Part shown: piece by piece, positions 52,501 through 63,853 of the stretch | Numbering within the stretch: position 1 is the first letter of the stretch | Layout of the letters: each line of letters begins with the position of its first letter | Assembly (NCBI GenBank): GCA_030248215.1 | Contig: JASANG010000295.1 | Span: 124,001-188,000 of the forward strand | Source: Enoplolaimus lenunculus | Taxonomy: Eukaryota | Length of the DNA stretch: 64,000 nucleotides | Reading direction: 5' to 3' | Translations under genes and position numbers: made by a program | Notes under the pieces: model-generated | The model's input: only the letters and a program-made list of their open reading frames with translations | What the model was told of the DNA's origin: nothing | Databases searched by the model: none

Positions 52501-55500
52501 TCAAAATTCATGCTATGACTTGAAGTCAAGACTTTGCATAAGTGGCGCTTACACAAAAATGTAAATGTGGCCCCTCTCGATATCGACGGTGTACTGCACA
52601 TGCGCGCAGTATATGGTTAAACACTGTGCATTGTCAGTCTAGGTAGGAACCGGGACATCAGACCTTTTTAATAAGCAGCTGGAAAAGCGGGCTAGCACAG
52701 GGATCGAACTCTCAGCCTATGGATTCTTAAGCGAGCACTCTACCACTGCGCCACGTAGCCCGCCTCTCCAACTGTATTTTTCGTCGACTATATGTGTCGA
52801 CCGTACAACACAATGTGCATTGCATTTATTGCATATACACCAGGACAAGCATGTCTCACATGCTTACATGCATTAAGTCGGGTCCGTAGCCAGCACAACT
52901 TGCTAGTGGGATAAAAAATTTTTATGAGGGGAATTAAATGGTTTTTAATGAGTTACAAACAAAGGTGCCGGACGGTGACGGACGGCGTACGATAGACGGA
53001 CGGTGTTGGCCGACGCCGGACATCAAGTATAGCGCAACACTTATGCTACATAATTCATGATAAAATTTACAATACTCAAATATTACGACGATAGTTCTCC
53101 TGTGTTAAAAGCTTCTTTAATCCAATTTAATGAATTTGATTAATTTCGCGTCACAATCGAACATTCTCAAGCTCTGTTTACAGGTTTGAATTCAAGATGT
53201 TCACGCAACCGGCATCGAAACTTAAGCGTACGCAGCCTGAACACAACAGCGCCGCATGGACTGCCAACATCACGAAGTTTTCGAAGTTTAGGCATGCGAC
53301 CAAAATATAGCGAACCTGTTTGGGATACCGGGTAATTACAACACCAATCTTTAAGTTTAATTAATCAATGTTTCGTAAATGACATTCGATCAATATACAA
53401 TTTTACATTTTTTCAAACTTTGTTCTCCAAATTAGTGTTGTGCAAATTTTTGCAGTGACCACTGGCTAATCCATTGACGGTTAGCCATGTCTAGGCCGCC
53501 AGCAAAAATCAAATCTAAAGTTTTTTGATGAAATTTAGCACAAAAATTGCGGTTAGCTTCTTTCTCGCGAGCTTGCTCCACAATTATATTTCACACGGCC
53601 CTGTCGTGTCAGAATTTTCTTGATCCGTCACTGGTCGTGTGAATTCGTAACTTGAAGCCGAAAGTTTTGTTAAAGAATGTATCGAACAAGACTTATTTAT
53701 ACACGTGTGTAAAAGATGTCACTGCCAGTTTTCGCAGCAATAACTTGCACATGTAAGGCATTGTGCCTAGAATCGGACTGAAAAAACTTTTGGATAAAGT
53801 TCGCTAAATGTAAGCAACTACAACACAACTTCTCTGCCTCTTCGTCACGCAGTTTCTGGGTTGCATACTGAATCGGTCGTGTTAATATTTGCTTTCTTAC
53901 AATATAAGTTGAATAATGGATGCGTACCATAGGAATGCCGGGGTACATCACGATAAACTTTTTGATAGTAGTGAATGCTTTTCCTGCTACCGGTTTTCCC
54001 AAGTTTTGATTTCGCAGTAGGTTAGACACATTTTAGAAATTAGACCAATTTCTGACCAGTCTTATTTTAACTCATACGTTCTGAAAGAGATAATAAAATC
54101 TGTATTTAGGCAAATTTTAAGGGATTACATACTGTGTTTGGGGCCAATACGAGAGCCTCTCGGAGTTTGATATGGCGGACGTGATTTGCGAGACGTACTA
54201 TGTCCATTGCGTAGTCTCAGCATATAGCACAGTACTTATAAAAACCATGTAGAATGATTTGAACGTATTCTAAATCGTTCAAGTTTGTCAAGAAACTCAA
54301 ATAATTTGTAGTTTTTGGTCACAAAGCTAATCAGTAATTATGATCCCACTCAAACCTTTTTGGACTAACTTCCTATAAACAATCGGCCTATGTTTTTATA
54401 TCTGCAACTTTCAGATAAGATCAATCACTAACATTGGTTAGAACCTTCGAGCTAATCTCGCTTATTTTAGGTCATTACCTAATCGACGCTCTTACTATAA
54501 CCATAACAGACGTGATCTGTTGACCCATCCGTTACGATTAGAAGCCATTGCGTCCGAAAAACGTTCAATTGATTCGTTTCCGGTATCAGATCATTCAAAT
54601 ATGCCGCTTCCGCCAGATGCAACTTATGGTTATTTTCGAAATCAGCAAACACGAACAAGCGGTGTAAGTAATATGCTTTCAAGAGCTACGCTGCCAAAAC
54701 AAGCATTACAATACCGTGTATTAATTGTGAAACTTGCAAAAATTCGTATTTTTGACATACATATCCAGGACTTTTGGGATGTATATTGTATGTATACTTC
54801 CTCAGGTATACGCTGCTGTAATTTACCAGTTTGAAACAAAATCAACAAAATTTATCCAAAATCTTAAGAATTTTCGGTGATTTCGCTAATTTTATTATAA
54901 AACTTCATACAAACCCGGTAAATATTTAAAAATTAAACATCTTCTAAAGTTTTATACTTTTAGATATTGGTTTTCTGCTACGGTTTACGTTTTTTGTTAA
55001 TAACTGTGCGGTTATTATATACCTGACAACGAGTAATTAAATCCACAATAAATCAAACATACTTTTAGCGTGTAAAACAGCGACGATCGCCTGCAATTTC
55101 TCCGATCGAAGATGTCTACAAGCAGCGACCCAACCAGCGGTGCCCTCTGTTCCAACCTGAGCCCAAGTTGAAACCGAAAATTTTTCACATTTCATCCCTG
55201 GGACCTTTCCATCAGTTACCATTACCCACAGTAGCTTCAGTCGCTGGAAACCTCTCCAACTGCCAAACAACATCAGCTTTCGCAGTAACTCAAGGTCACA
55301 TTCCAATTGAAATTGATGTTCCAGATCGAACTCAAATTGAAACCGTAGCCACAACTACGCAGTTGTCACAACTTCCCATTTGTTGTAACGTTTCCGTTGA
55401 TTGTTCAGCTATGCGTGGCATATCAAGCTCAACTATGATATCACAGGGAAATACGACAAAATCTTCAAACGAAACTTATCTTTTTAGCTCTGGTCTAAAG

Positions 55501-56160
55501 TTTTTATCGGCAATTCCAGCCATTTCTACTCTTCCTATTCGGTGCACCCCTGTAATCATGCGTCAGTCGACAAAACAGCACAAAGAGTTAGCTTCGGTGC
55601 CATCAAAACTGTCAAATAACCATTGCAACAACCATCAAAACATGAACTCAATACAAAATTCAACTACAACCATCTATAGCGATCAAACAGATCAAGTTAA
55701 TGCTATGACTGACTCAACAATTAAAGAACACGAGCAGAGACCTGCTTCCCAGAATTCAAAAGTTGACTCAATCTTGGAAGCGAGAAACAAAACTACAGCT
55801 AAACAAGAGGAGCCGATTGTCATCTTAGAGAATTCAGGAGCACACTCGCTCCTGGGACTGAAAAAACGAACCAATAGTCAAAATGTGTCGCCTCGTTCAA
55901 GTGAAACGAACCCAGTTGTGCCACGGTTCGCGTTGGACAGCCCCACAGAATCTGGGGGTCCAGATTTCAATCCGGAAGAAGCTGATAATAAAAATTCAAT
56001 GGTGAAGCAAAACTTGACTAGTTCTAGTGACCATGGTAGAAATTGGACAACTTACACATTTCAAAAGTGGAACAATCAAACGGACGGTAAACCTGGAAAC
56101 TGTCGGATTAGCCGAAATTGCGAGCGAACCACACCTGTAAAGATGGAATTGTGTAATGAG
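43534..56160 (+). CDS. Two-pore-domain K+ channel (K2P/TWK family), 5' part: N-terminus, M1, cap, P1, M2 and a long M2-M3 loop; M3-P2-M4 not in window
   Basis: Phase-consistent exons: 43534-43761, 44388-44528 ([24 protein letters not shown]1), 45633-45759 OR 48932-49058 (cap), 49961-50047 ([19 protein letters not shown]), 51050-51154 ([34 protein letters not shown]), 52283-52408, 53184-53331, 54471-54663, 55069-56160 (ends GAG|GTAAGT). Selectivity filter TTIGYG is split across exons. Confidence 0.93.
44560..44948 (-). mobile_element. tRNA-headed SINE-like element (~390 bp), antisense in TWK intron 2
   Basis: Minus strand begins GACTGCATAGCTCAGTATGG (A box)...GCGAGTTCGAGC (B box), then a GC-richer body. 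Only one copy seen; no TSD identified. Confidence 0.55.
45633..45759 (+). CDS. TWK alternative exon 3A (cap domain): [43 protein letters not shown]
   Basis: TTTCAG acceptor, 127 nt, phase 0 to 1, GTGGGT donor. Open frame joins exon 2 and the P1 exon. Confidence 0.85.
45872..45935. repeat. (ATT)n microsatellite, imperfect
   Basis: ATTATTATTATAATTATTATGATTATTATTATTATT... Confidence 0.9.
45964..47432. mobile_element. Second, older copy of the hAT-like element, inverted relative to 11053-12578, between TWK exons 3A and 3B
   Basis: TAGTGTTGTGCA ... GTACACAACACT termini; GGCCGG subterminal motifs; ~47124-47335 homologous to the reverse complement of 11130-11340; TSD degenerate. Confidence 0.7.
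46678..46780. repeat. ~25-bp tandem repeat (GTCTGAGT.AGGACTATCAGAACC), 3-4 decaying copies
   Basis: Two near-identical units followed by diverged ones. Confidence 0.75.
48932..49058 (+). CDS. TWK alternative exon 3B (cap domain): [43 protein letters not shown]
   Basis: TTTTAG acceptor, 127 nt, phase 0 to 1, GTTTGA donor; 18/42 residues identical to exon 3A without gaps. Confidence 0.85.
50483..50671. mobile_element. MITE with (GCCTAA)n core, TIR type 1
   Basis: CGGCCCATGTATTGAACAGG ... CCCTGTTCTATACATGAGCCG. Other copies at ~36035-36140, ~48470-48633 and ~49700-49840. Confidence 0.85.
50784..50880. repeat. ~39-bp tandem duplication (~2.5 copies)
   Basis: TTGCAGCTGTAAGTTTTGTAGTG(A/G)GTTTTAGAACAGAAT repeated. 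Confidence 0.85.
51219..51626. mobile_element. Tc1/pogo-like MITE, TA TSD
   Basis: TA-CTGTAATGACCCGAATAAG ... CTTATTCGGGTCAATACAG-TA. Confidence 0.9.
52689..52761 (-). pseudogene. tRNA-derived sequence (pseudogene or repeat head)
   Basis: Minus strand GGGCTACG-TGGCGCAGTGG (A box)...GAGTTCGATCCC (B box)..GCTAGCCC; anticodon stem does not pair. Confidence 0.65.
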
Positions 56161-56629
56161 GTAAGTTGGTTTATATTTTTAAAAGTTTCACTTCAACAAA
56201 TTCTTGATTTTTTTATTCCATTTCAGCAGAAAAAAGGCTAGATTTTGAGATACGATTAGGTGTGGGTTTCCGAATTGAAAAGCAGAGTTTTGAACAACTA
56301 AAAAGATAGTGAAAACAGTTAATTTTTTATTGTCAAAATCCGTTCAATACTTCCACTGTGTGCAAGCCAATGTTGCAGGAAACTGCGCACTATCGGAAAA
56401 ATTAGCACCGTACAACTTTATCACACAAAAATTGGAAGTCTGTCTGAATACTAAATGCTGGTAAATTGCGCACCTGTAATGATTTTAATTTCACGAAAAC
56501 TCAAGTACCTCTAACTAGTTTTTAGTAGAAATAAAATCAACCTATGATTTTTGTGTGTCCTAAAAAACAATAGCTACACTAAACTTTATCAGGTAAAATT
56601 TACCGTCCGACCAAATTTTAGTTTTTTAA

Positions 56630-56805
56630 CCCCTTTATACATAGCACTAAATCACCACAAGACGTGAGAGCCCCCTCGGGCTCGAGCGTCAAGCTCCTAT
56701 AGCTGAGTGGTGATGGTATACGCCTCCCACTCCAGTCACTGGACTTCGAATCCTGGTATAAAAGTTGGTCTCCGGGGAAATAGAAAATATTGATGTGAGA
56801 GAGGG
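56630..56805 (+). mobile_element. piggyBac-like tRNA-module MITE, short copy with TTAA on both sides
   Basis: TTAA(56626-56629)-CCCCTTT ... GTGAGAGAGGG-TTAA(56806-56809); A box TAGCTGAGTGG, B-like GACTTCGAATCC. Confidence 0.9.
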
Positions 56806-56838
56806 TTAAGTGAAAAATTTTCAGTTTACTATCTATAA

Positions 56839-57100
56839 CCCCTTCGGACATTGAGTTGCCTGTATGCAACTCAGCGCAGTTTATGTACGTTAAATAGTAT
56901 ATATCGCACCGTGTTTAACAATTGCAACACGTATACATAGTAGTAAATCACCACAAGACGTGAGAGCCCCCTCGGGCTCGAGCGTCAACTCCTATAGCTG
57001 AGTGGTGATGGTATACGCCTCCCACTCCAGTCACTGGAGTTCGAATCCTAGTATAAAAGTAGGTCTCCGGGGAAATAGAAAATATTCGTGTGAGAAAGGG
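56839..57100 (+). mobile_element. piggyBac-like tRNA-module MITE, near-identical tandem neighbour of 56630-56805
   Basis: ATAA-CCCCTTC ... GTGAGAAAGGG-TTAA; A box TAGCTGAGTGG, B box GAGTTCGAATCC. Confidence 0.9.
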
Positions 57101-57994
57101 TTAATTGTTACCAAAATTGTTCTATTTTCGCTTTGGCTGCAAGCCACCAAAATTAATACAGCATAAAACAAAAAGACCAGCACCAAAACAAGAATTAAAC
57201 GTCAATATTTTGATTTTTCCTAGTAAAAATCATTCGTAGGTCTGATTTCTCTTGAATCCACATAGAAATCGCAAAAATATGATTTTTTCTAGTAAAATTT
57301 AGGTCTGTTTGTTTTTGCTGCAACACCGTCTTGATATAACTTGTGGCGATTTGACATGTGTAAGTTAAATACTGAACGCGCTGATAAACAATGCACAACA
57401 GTTATATAGAATAATGCAGAATAAAATAATTCAATAATTGCCGTTTTGACCCAAGTACTACAAGCTAAGGTGATTTGTCCTCTATAATAATTGCCAAGCA
57501 TAGTCGTAGCCTTGGTTTCGATTGTTTGATCGTATTCTCATATCTGTGTAGCACGCACCTATCGCCGGTTGGTGATAGGTCTTGTAACATTTTTAGATTC
57601 GACTTGCCTTACTTCTGTAGAATTTTCGAGATCCGGAACTTGTACACGAGTTGTAAAGGTTGAAAACCTGTCACTACTGGTGATAAGTGCTATATGCATT
57701 TCAGAATATGGGCCCTTAGTTTAATCTTAGAATTAGGTTCAGAAATGCAGTATTTGTCGGTTAACATACCTATGCGCTACACAACAAGTCTAAATCTACT
57801 TCGTTTCATTAAGCCTACGTGTGTTAAAATTGACTAATTTTTAAAAAAATCAAAGTAGTTACTTCCAACCAAAAACTTGGTTTTTAAACAAAAGAAATAA
57901 ACACCGTTTTTGAGACAGGGTAATAAAAAGTAAAGCATAGATCTGTTCAGTATCAAGAGAACATTTAGAGCCTGAAATCAGTATTTTTCCATAA

Positions 57995-58268
57995 AACCCT
58001 ATTCACACGTGCAAGTTTTTGATGCGAGAAGTTGCAGCTGCAACTTGCACTTGCAATTTTGCCCAAAATCCGTTCGAAAAATTTGCAGCTGCAAATAATT
58101 CATTAAAATCGTAGCTAGGAATTTAGTTAACATGTGTGAATAATCATGCAAGTTCGCTGAATTTATTGCCGCCGCTTTCTCATTGGCTGATGAAAAAATA
58201 CAAGTTCTGCGTGCAATTTGCAGCTGCAAGTTGTCGCAGCAAAAACTTGCACGTCTGAACAGGGCTTT
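57995..58268. mobile_element. Palindromic Harbinger/PIF-like MITE
   Basis: ACCCTATTCACACGTGCAAGTTTTTG ... CAAAAACTTGCACGTCTGAACAGGGC inverted termini; same family as 7281-7520. Confidence 0.75.
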
Positions 58269-58468
58269 ATGTATTTAGCAAGCTAACCTACGTCCAGATT
58301 GAATAAGAGTGTTTGGGTAGGTTAGGATTATTTTGAAAACAGAAAATCGGTCAGGTATCTACTTTATTGAGTACGTATTCATAAACCATCAAGGGAGGTT
58401 CTGGAAACCTTGTATGTGTGCGGTATTTTGCAGTCTCAAGTGTTTAATATCCACTAACTCGTTTTGTA

Positions 58469-58667
58469 CGGCCCATGTAAAGATCAGGGGCAGAACGTTT
58501 TCCTGTGGGTCAGCAATTGAGTAAAAGCTTAAGCTTTAGACAAATTTTTTTGCTTGGCTTAGGCTTAGGCTTAGGGTTAGTGTTCATTCTTACACTTAAG
58601 CTTAGACTTAGGCTTAAGCTTAAGAATATATTATAATACTATTCCGCCCGGTTCTTTACATTGGCCT
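58469..58667. mobile_element. MITE with (TTAGGC)n core, TIR type 1
   Basis: TA-CGGCCCATGTAAAGATCAGGG ... CCGGTTCTTTACATTGGCC. Confidence 0.85.
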
Positions 58668-59141
58668 TTTGTACAAACTACCATGGTTGGAACACTATCA
58701 GAAATTCGCTTTAGCAAAATTTGAAATTCAAATCAATTCCAAACTGATCACAAGCATAATTATACAGTCGGCCAGAATTATATAATAAAATAGCACCGTA
58801 GCGTTGATTTAGAGGTATAAATATAGTGAACTAAAATATTAAAATGGCAGTAATTATACGAGCAACATTTTTGTCACAATAAAACAAAAAAGTTATGTAT
58901 TCAGCGTAAACGATCACCGGCTACGCGACTGCACCAATCACTGAAGGGGCGTAGTATGTCGGTAAAAAAAGATATATCAAAGCTAATTTCTGGTGTTAAA
59001 AATGCAGCTTCCACAGGTTTTGGAACAGTGTCCTGGATTTAAAATGTCAAATAACGAAATAACTTTTACGCTAGGTTTCATGCCATCTTGAAATTAAATC
59101 TTGGTTATAAAGTTGTATTGTAGTTTCGGTTTTACTTTTAA

Positions 59142-59580
59142 TCCTATCCTGCACAGAGTGTATTATGAGTAACTACATGCTGTGCACATGTAATTGATAC
59201 ACAATACATAACAGTGTATAACACGGGTCTTTGTTTCCGTTTTCGGTGAAAATCGGTGTCTGTTTTCGTTTCCGTGGTACAAATACTGAAAATTTCGTCA
59301 TTCTTATGCTCAAAATTAGTTTGACGTATATATCGCAATATTTTTTGTTATGAATATGCTGCAATTGTTCCTTGTAAAATACAACTTGGCACACACGAAT
59401 AACATGTGTTACCCGTGTGTGCAGCACAAAACCTTTACAAGATGTGAGAGCCTGCTGGGCGCGAGCGCCATGCTGTTATACCTGAGTGGTGATGGTAAAC
59501 TTTCCCACCCTGAGATTGTAATTTGTATCCTAGCTTGAAAATAGGTGACGGATAACAGAAAATATTCACGCAGAAATGAG
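59142..59580 (+). mobile_element. Old piggyBac-like tRNA-module MITE interrupted by another repeat (~59213-59390)
   Basis: Left part resembles the family left end; right part has ACAAGATGTGAGAGCC..TACCTGAGTGGTGATGGTA..ATCCTAGCTTGAAA..AGAAAATATTCA. The insert resembles the reverse complement of ~22580-22680. Confidence 0.55.
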
Positions 59581-59613
59581 ATACTTCAAAGATTTTCAAT
59601 TACTGCCCTGCCT

Positions 59614-62600
59614 TTAAACAACTTCCATTGAAACACAAACACGGGCGCGTTTCACTCCATTACCAACGGCCACCCTAGAGCCGTGATGACCTTTCAGTCG
59701 ACGGACATGAAACGAGCTCACATCGGACATCGTATCGTCGTTGTTTGAATCGCCCCCAAATGCCGTTGACATTGAAATATTTCGATCAAAAACCGCTACG
59801 CCGTCTTCATCGTTGCCCCCTTCAGCTCTTGACGCACATTCCAAACTATAAGCTTCCGCAGATTCATACCGCTGTTCAGTTTCGTCCTGGTTCGCTTCTG
59901 CGGACGAAATAATAATTTGCTTATTTTCACTGTCGTTTTCACTATTTGACACGTCATCATCTTTGCCTCCAGTGTTATAGGTATATTTTTCAATTTTCAC
60001 CGTTCGAATGATTCGTCCACGATTTTCAGTATCCGATCCTTCATTACCCCCGTTGTCCCCAGTGCCACGTTCTGTCGTTTTGGTTTGAACAATTTTTCGC
60101 ATGCAACCTCCACCGCGGTGGCGGTGACCTTCTTTGATCGAGGCTGCGTTTTGAACTCTCCGCTCTTGAACGAGTTTTGTCATCGATTTCGATTGCTGTT
60201 GTTGTTTGATTTTTGTTGTTCTTTGATGTTCAACTGTTTGAAGTTGCCGAGAGTCTTTGTGTCGATGTAATCCACGCGTTAGCGAATTTCGGTGCCCTAC
60301 AATGACTGGTGGTGTAAGATATTGCGCGACTGGAGTTGCAACCACTGTTGTATCGTGACTTCCTCGTCCGTTTTCTTCTGCTGTACTTTCGACTCCGCTA
60401 TCGTCTTGGCTGTTTGCCGATATTTTGTTTTTTTCATCTTCCGCAATAACTGCAACATGCTCTGCGAGAGTTTCCATCGTTTCGTTTGCGTTTTCTGAAT
60501 TTTGTTCATGCTGATCTTCGCTAATTTCATCGTTGTCGTCTTTTGTTTCCTCTTCTTGCTTTTCACTCTGGATGTCTTCATTATTTTCTTCTTTCCCGTT
60601 TGATATGGAAACCATTTTCTCAGTTGAGTTTATCAGCTTTGATGTTTTCTGTTCAGTACTGCTTTCAGTCGTGGTTTTCTCATTTTCTTCTTTTTCATTT
60701 GCACCATCTGAGTCATCATGTGCTGTTCCTTTGTTAATACTTTGCATTGTTGATCGGCGCCGTTTTGCTCTTGATAGCCGTGCTCTGGATACAACTGAAC
60801 CAACTTCAGCAGTTTTTTCACGAGTTTTCTCGTTTTCAGAGGCGATTTCGTTATCATCTCGAGACGAAGACTCATCATCGCCGATATGACCGCCCCAAGT
60901 ATGACTTTCATCAGTTGCCGACGGACTTTGTTTCGGTGATGGTTCCGCCTTTGATTCTTTGTTGTCGCTTTTCGATGAAATGCTTGCCGTCTGTCCTTTT
61001 GATCCCTTTGATGTTTGTCGCGATGCTGCCTGCTGCGTTTTGCTTGTTTGTCTGCTTGTAGTTGTTGTCGTTTTGATTTTGCTGCCATCAGTTCCAGCGT
61101 CTGAGGTTGATCTTGTGGTCATTTTAGATTTTTTGCCATCTAATGCGACTGACTCTTTTCTGTCTTTGTCTCCGCCTTTTTTCACCGATACGGTTAGTAG
61201 TTCTTCGGTCAAACTGTCGCGTGTTTGGCTCCGCAATAAGTTCTCATGATTGTCAAACGGAGTTGCTATCACTGATTCCATATCCTCGTAGACACTGGCT
61301 TCGATTTCTTTCGCACACGCTCGAGCCAGCTCTGAACCATAGGTTGTTCCGTCTTCGTAAACTACAGTTTCCTCTGTCGTTTCGATGTGACCTTCGTTTT
61401 CGTCCTCATCTTTGTTATTTTCTTCGTCTTCGTTTTGTTCTTTGGTAGATTTCTCATCAGGACCCGAACTGTCTTCGCTACTATCGCTGTGCAGCGACAT
61501 AAATTTGCTTAGCCGCCTAAACGTGCGTCTCAGAAATCCTTGACTTTTTTCAGCGTTTTCTTCCTCTTGTTCTTCATTTTCTTCCTCGTCTTTTCCTTCG
61601 TTTTCTTCCTCCTCTTCTTCTTTTTCTTTCTCTTCTTTTTCGTCTTCTTTCTCTTCTTTGTCTTCGCTGTCGTCATTATCCTGGGTGCCTTCGTCGTCTT
61701 TCTCACTTGTTTTCTCTGAAGTTTCTTGGACGTATTCCTTTTCTTCCTTCACGTGGCTGTTCCTTTTTGTTTTTGATATTGTATCCTTTGATTCTTGTTC
61801 TTCGTCACCTCCTGCGATGTTTCCGGTTTCTTCATCCGATGCCCTGGTTTTACTCGTACGGCTTTGCCTCGATTTGCTGTTTCGTTGACTATTTTCACCG
61901 TTTTTACTATCATTGATGCTAACGACGTGAACACTTTCTACACGACTGAGTCTACTTGCGTTCGCGATCGACCTTCGATTTCGAACTTTCGCCACTGGAT
62001 CATCGCTTTCATAGTATTCTTCGTCGGTTTTTTTCTTTTTCAAACTACTTTTGCGAATTTCATAAAGTTTCTCGCGGTTTTCGCGTTTCTCTGTTTCAAC
62101 TTTGCTAGTCACCAGTTTATCTTTCGGTCCGTCGGCAGATTTTTCTTCATTTTCAATTGTTTCTACGATTTTCAGTCCAGCGTGGTTTGAAGGTTGTGAT
62201 TCCGCTGCGTCTTCACTTTTCGAGGTTGAAACATTCTGTTTTTTGGTTGATTTCGTCGTTGATTTTATCGACACTTGTCGTTCTGCATCGCTTACTAACC
62301 GGACACTCTCCCGGGCTCCTTTATCAATGCTCACAACGGGCGGAGTAACGGTTCGAACGTTTGTAACCATTGTTCGCCGTTGTTGTTCTACCTCTTTCAC
62401 CGTGGAAATTTTAGTTCCACCCTCGTGAGACACTCTTGACCGTCGCACCGTTGTTGTTCGATTCTCAGCAGTTCGCAACGGAGCCGGACGTCTAAAAATT
62501 CGCTCTCGGATCATATGCCATGATCGTTGATTTCCGTTATAGTAGTGCGCTGAAGTTGCAGTGACAAGTTTGTCTAGACCATGTCGAACAAGCTCACCAT

Positions 62601-63853
62601 TAGTACAAATTGTACAAAATCCAATAAGTATAGCTACTGCTAGTATGATTGCGCCCAAGATAGCAAGAAAAAAACCCCAGCTTAAATGCGGCTCAGTATA
62701 AGGACGCGAGTGAGGTTCTTCAATTTGCAGGGCTCCGTAAATGATTATACCGCATACTGCAAGCATAAACGCAATTAGCATTAACACTACGACTGCAGTC
62801 GACATTGAACATATCGGGAAACAATTGCAACACATAACGCACGTACATAATAACGCAGTTATGAGTAGTAACAGCGTGAAGCATATGATGATTAACGTTG
62901 CGGTTTCGTATCCGGTCGCCCAGTCGTTCTTAAAGTAAACAACAATAAATGAGGTTAATTATTTGCCGCTGACAGATCCAGGAGAAGATGGGTAATGTAG
63001 GCGTAACATCCATTGCTTACTAACTTTCAATTTGCAACGGTTTACTTTAAAATCTTAGAAGAAAATTAAAACCACTGAACTGCTGAAAAGGTTATAAATA
63101 TGTGTATTTTGAATACACTCCTACTTTTGCTTAAGGAAAACTATACGCGAACAATACCCAACACTTCCGTAACTTTTAACGGTTGTTGGTAAATTTTGTT
63201 GATAGTGTGAATATAACCATGGGTATTTAAATGAGTACAAAATCCAAGGTCAATAAAAACTAACAAAATGCCAACTGACGAGCGTAATATGTACTTAACT
63301 GCAAAGTTAAATTTCAACTTCAAAACACGTGTATTCACTAGATTTGAAAGTTGGTTCAAACTCAAAAATCAACTTTACTTCGAATCTATTGCTACAGATA
63401 TGTGTCTCGATATCGGTTCCAAATGAAGCCTTCCATACAACATGGAAGCAACAAAAATGTTACTAGAAAAAGTAGGTAACTCTGAGATCAACGGAATGGT
63501 CGATTAAAAATTTTCGTAACTTCTCCAGTAAAACAAGTTTGCCTAAATATGTTTATCTTTACCTCATACAAATTTCCAACTAACGCTTGTTCATCTGACC
63601 ATTGAAATACAAGATTCCGATAGATTCCAGTCGAGTTTGTATACTCGAACGTAAACGCCATCCATGGTGCAAAAAGTGCAATTATTAGAATTGCTGTTGC
63701 AATACATAGCAATACTACAACGGTTGCAAACGGACATGAACAGTTGCAGTACGGAAACCAAGATTCACATAAGGGTTCGTCACTATCATCGCTTGATCCG
63801 GAATCTTCATCTCCTTGGGAGCCTGCGGTACTTTCAACGTCTTTATCAGGCAT
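59614..63853 (-). CDS. Claudin/PMP22-like four-TM protein with a ~1000-aa acidic/charged disordered C-terminal tail (~1200 aa)
   Basis: Exon 63853-63563 (ATG, TM1 ..IIALFAPW; GAG|GTAAAG) joins in phase 0 to exon 62928-59614 (TM2 ATLIIICFTLLLLITALL, Cys-rich loop, TM3, TM4 preceded by HLSWGFFLAILG). Uninterrupted 3.3-kb frame ends SMEVV*. Confidence 0.8.

Noticed and set aside
60085..62428. Several + strand and alternative-frame ORFs inside the large minus-strand gene
   Set aside because: Shadow ORFs of a low-complexity E/K/S/D-rich coding strand; none has K2P M3/P2/M4 motifs.
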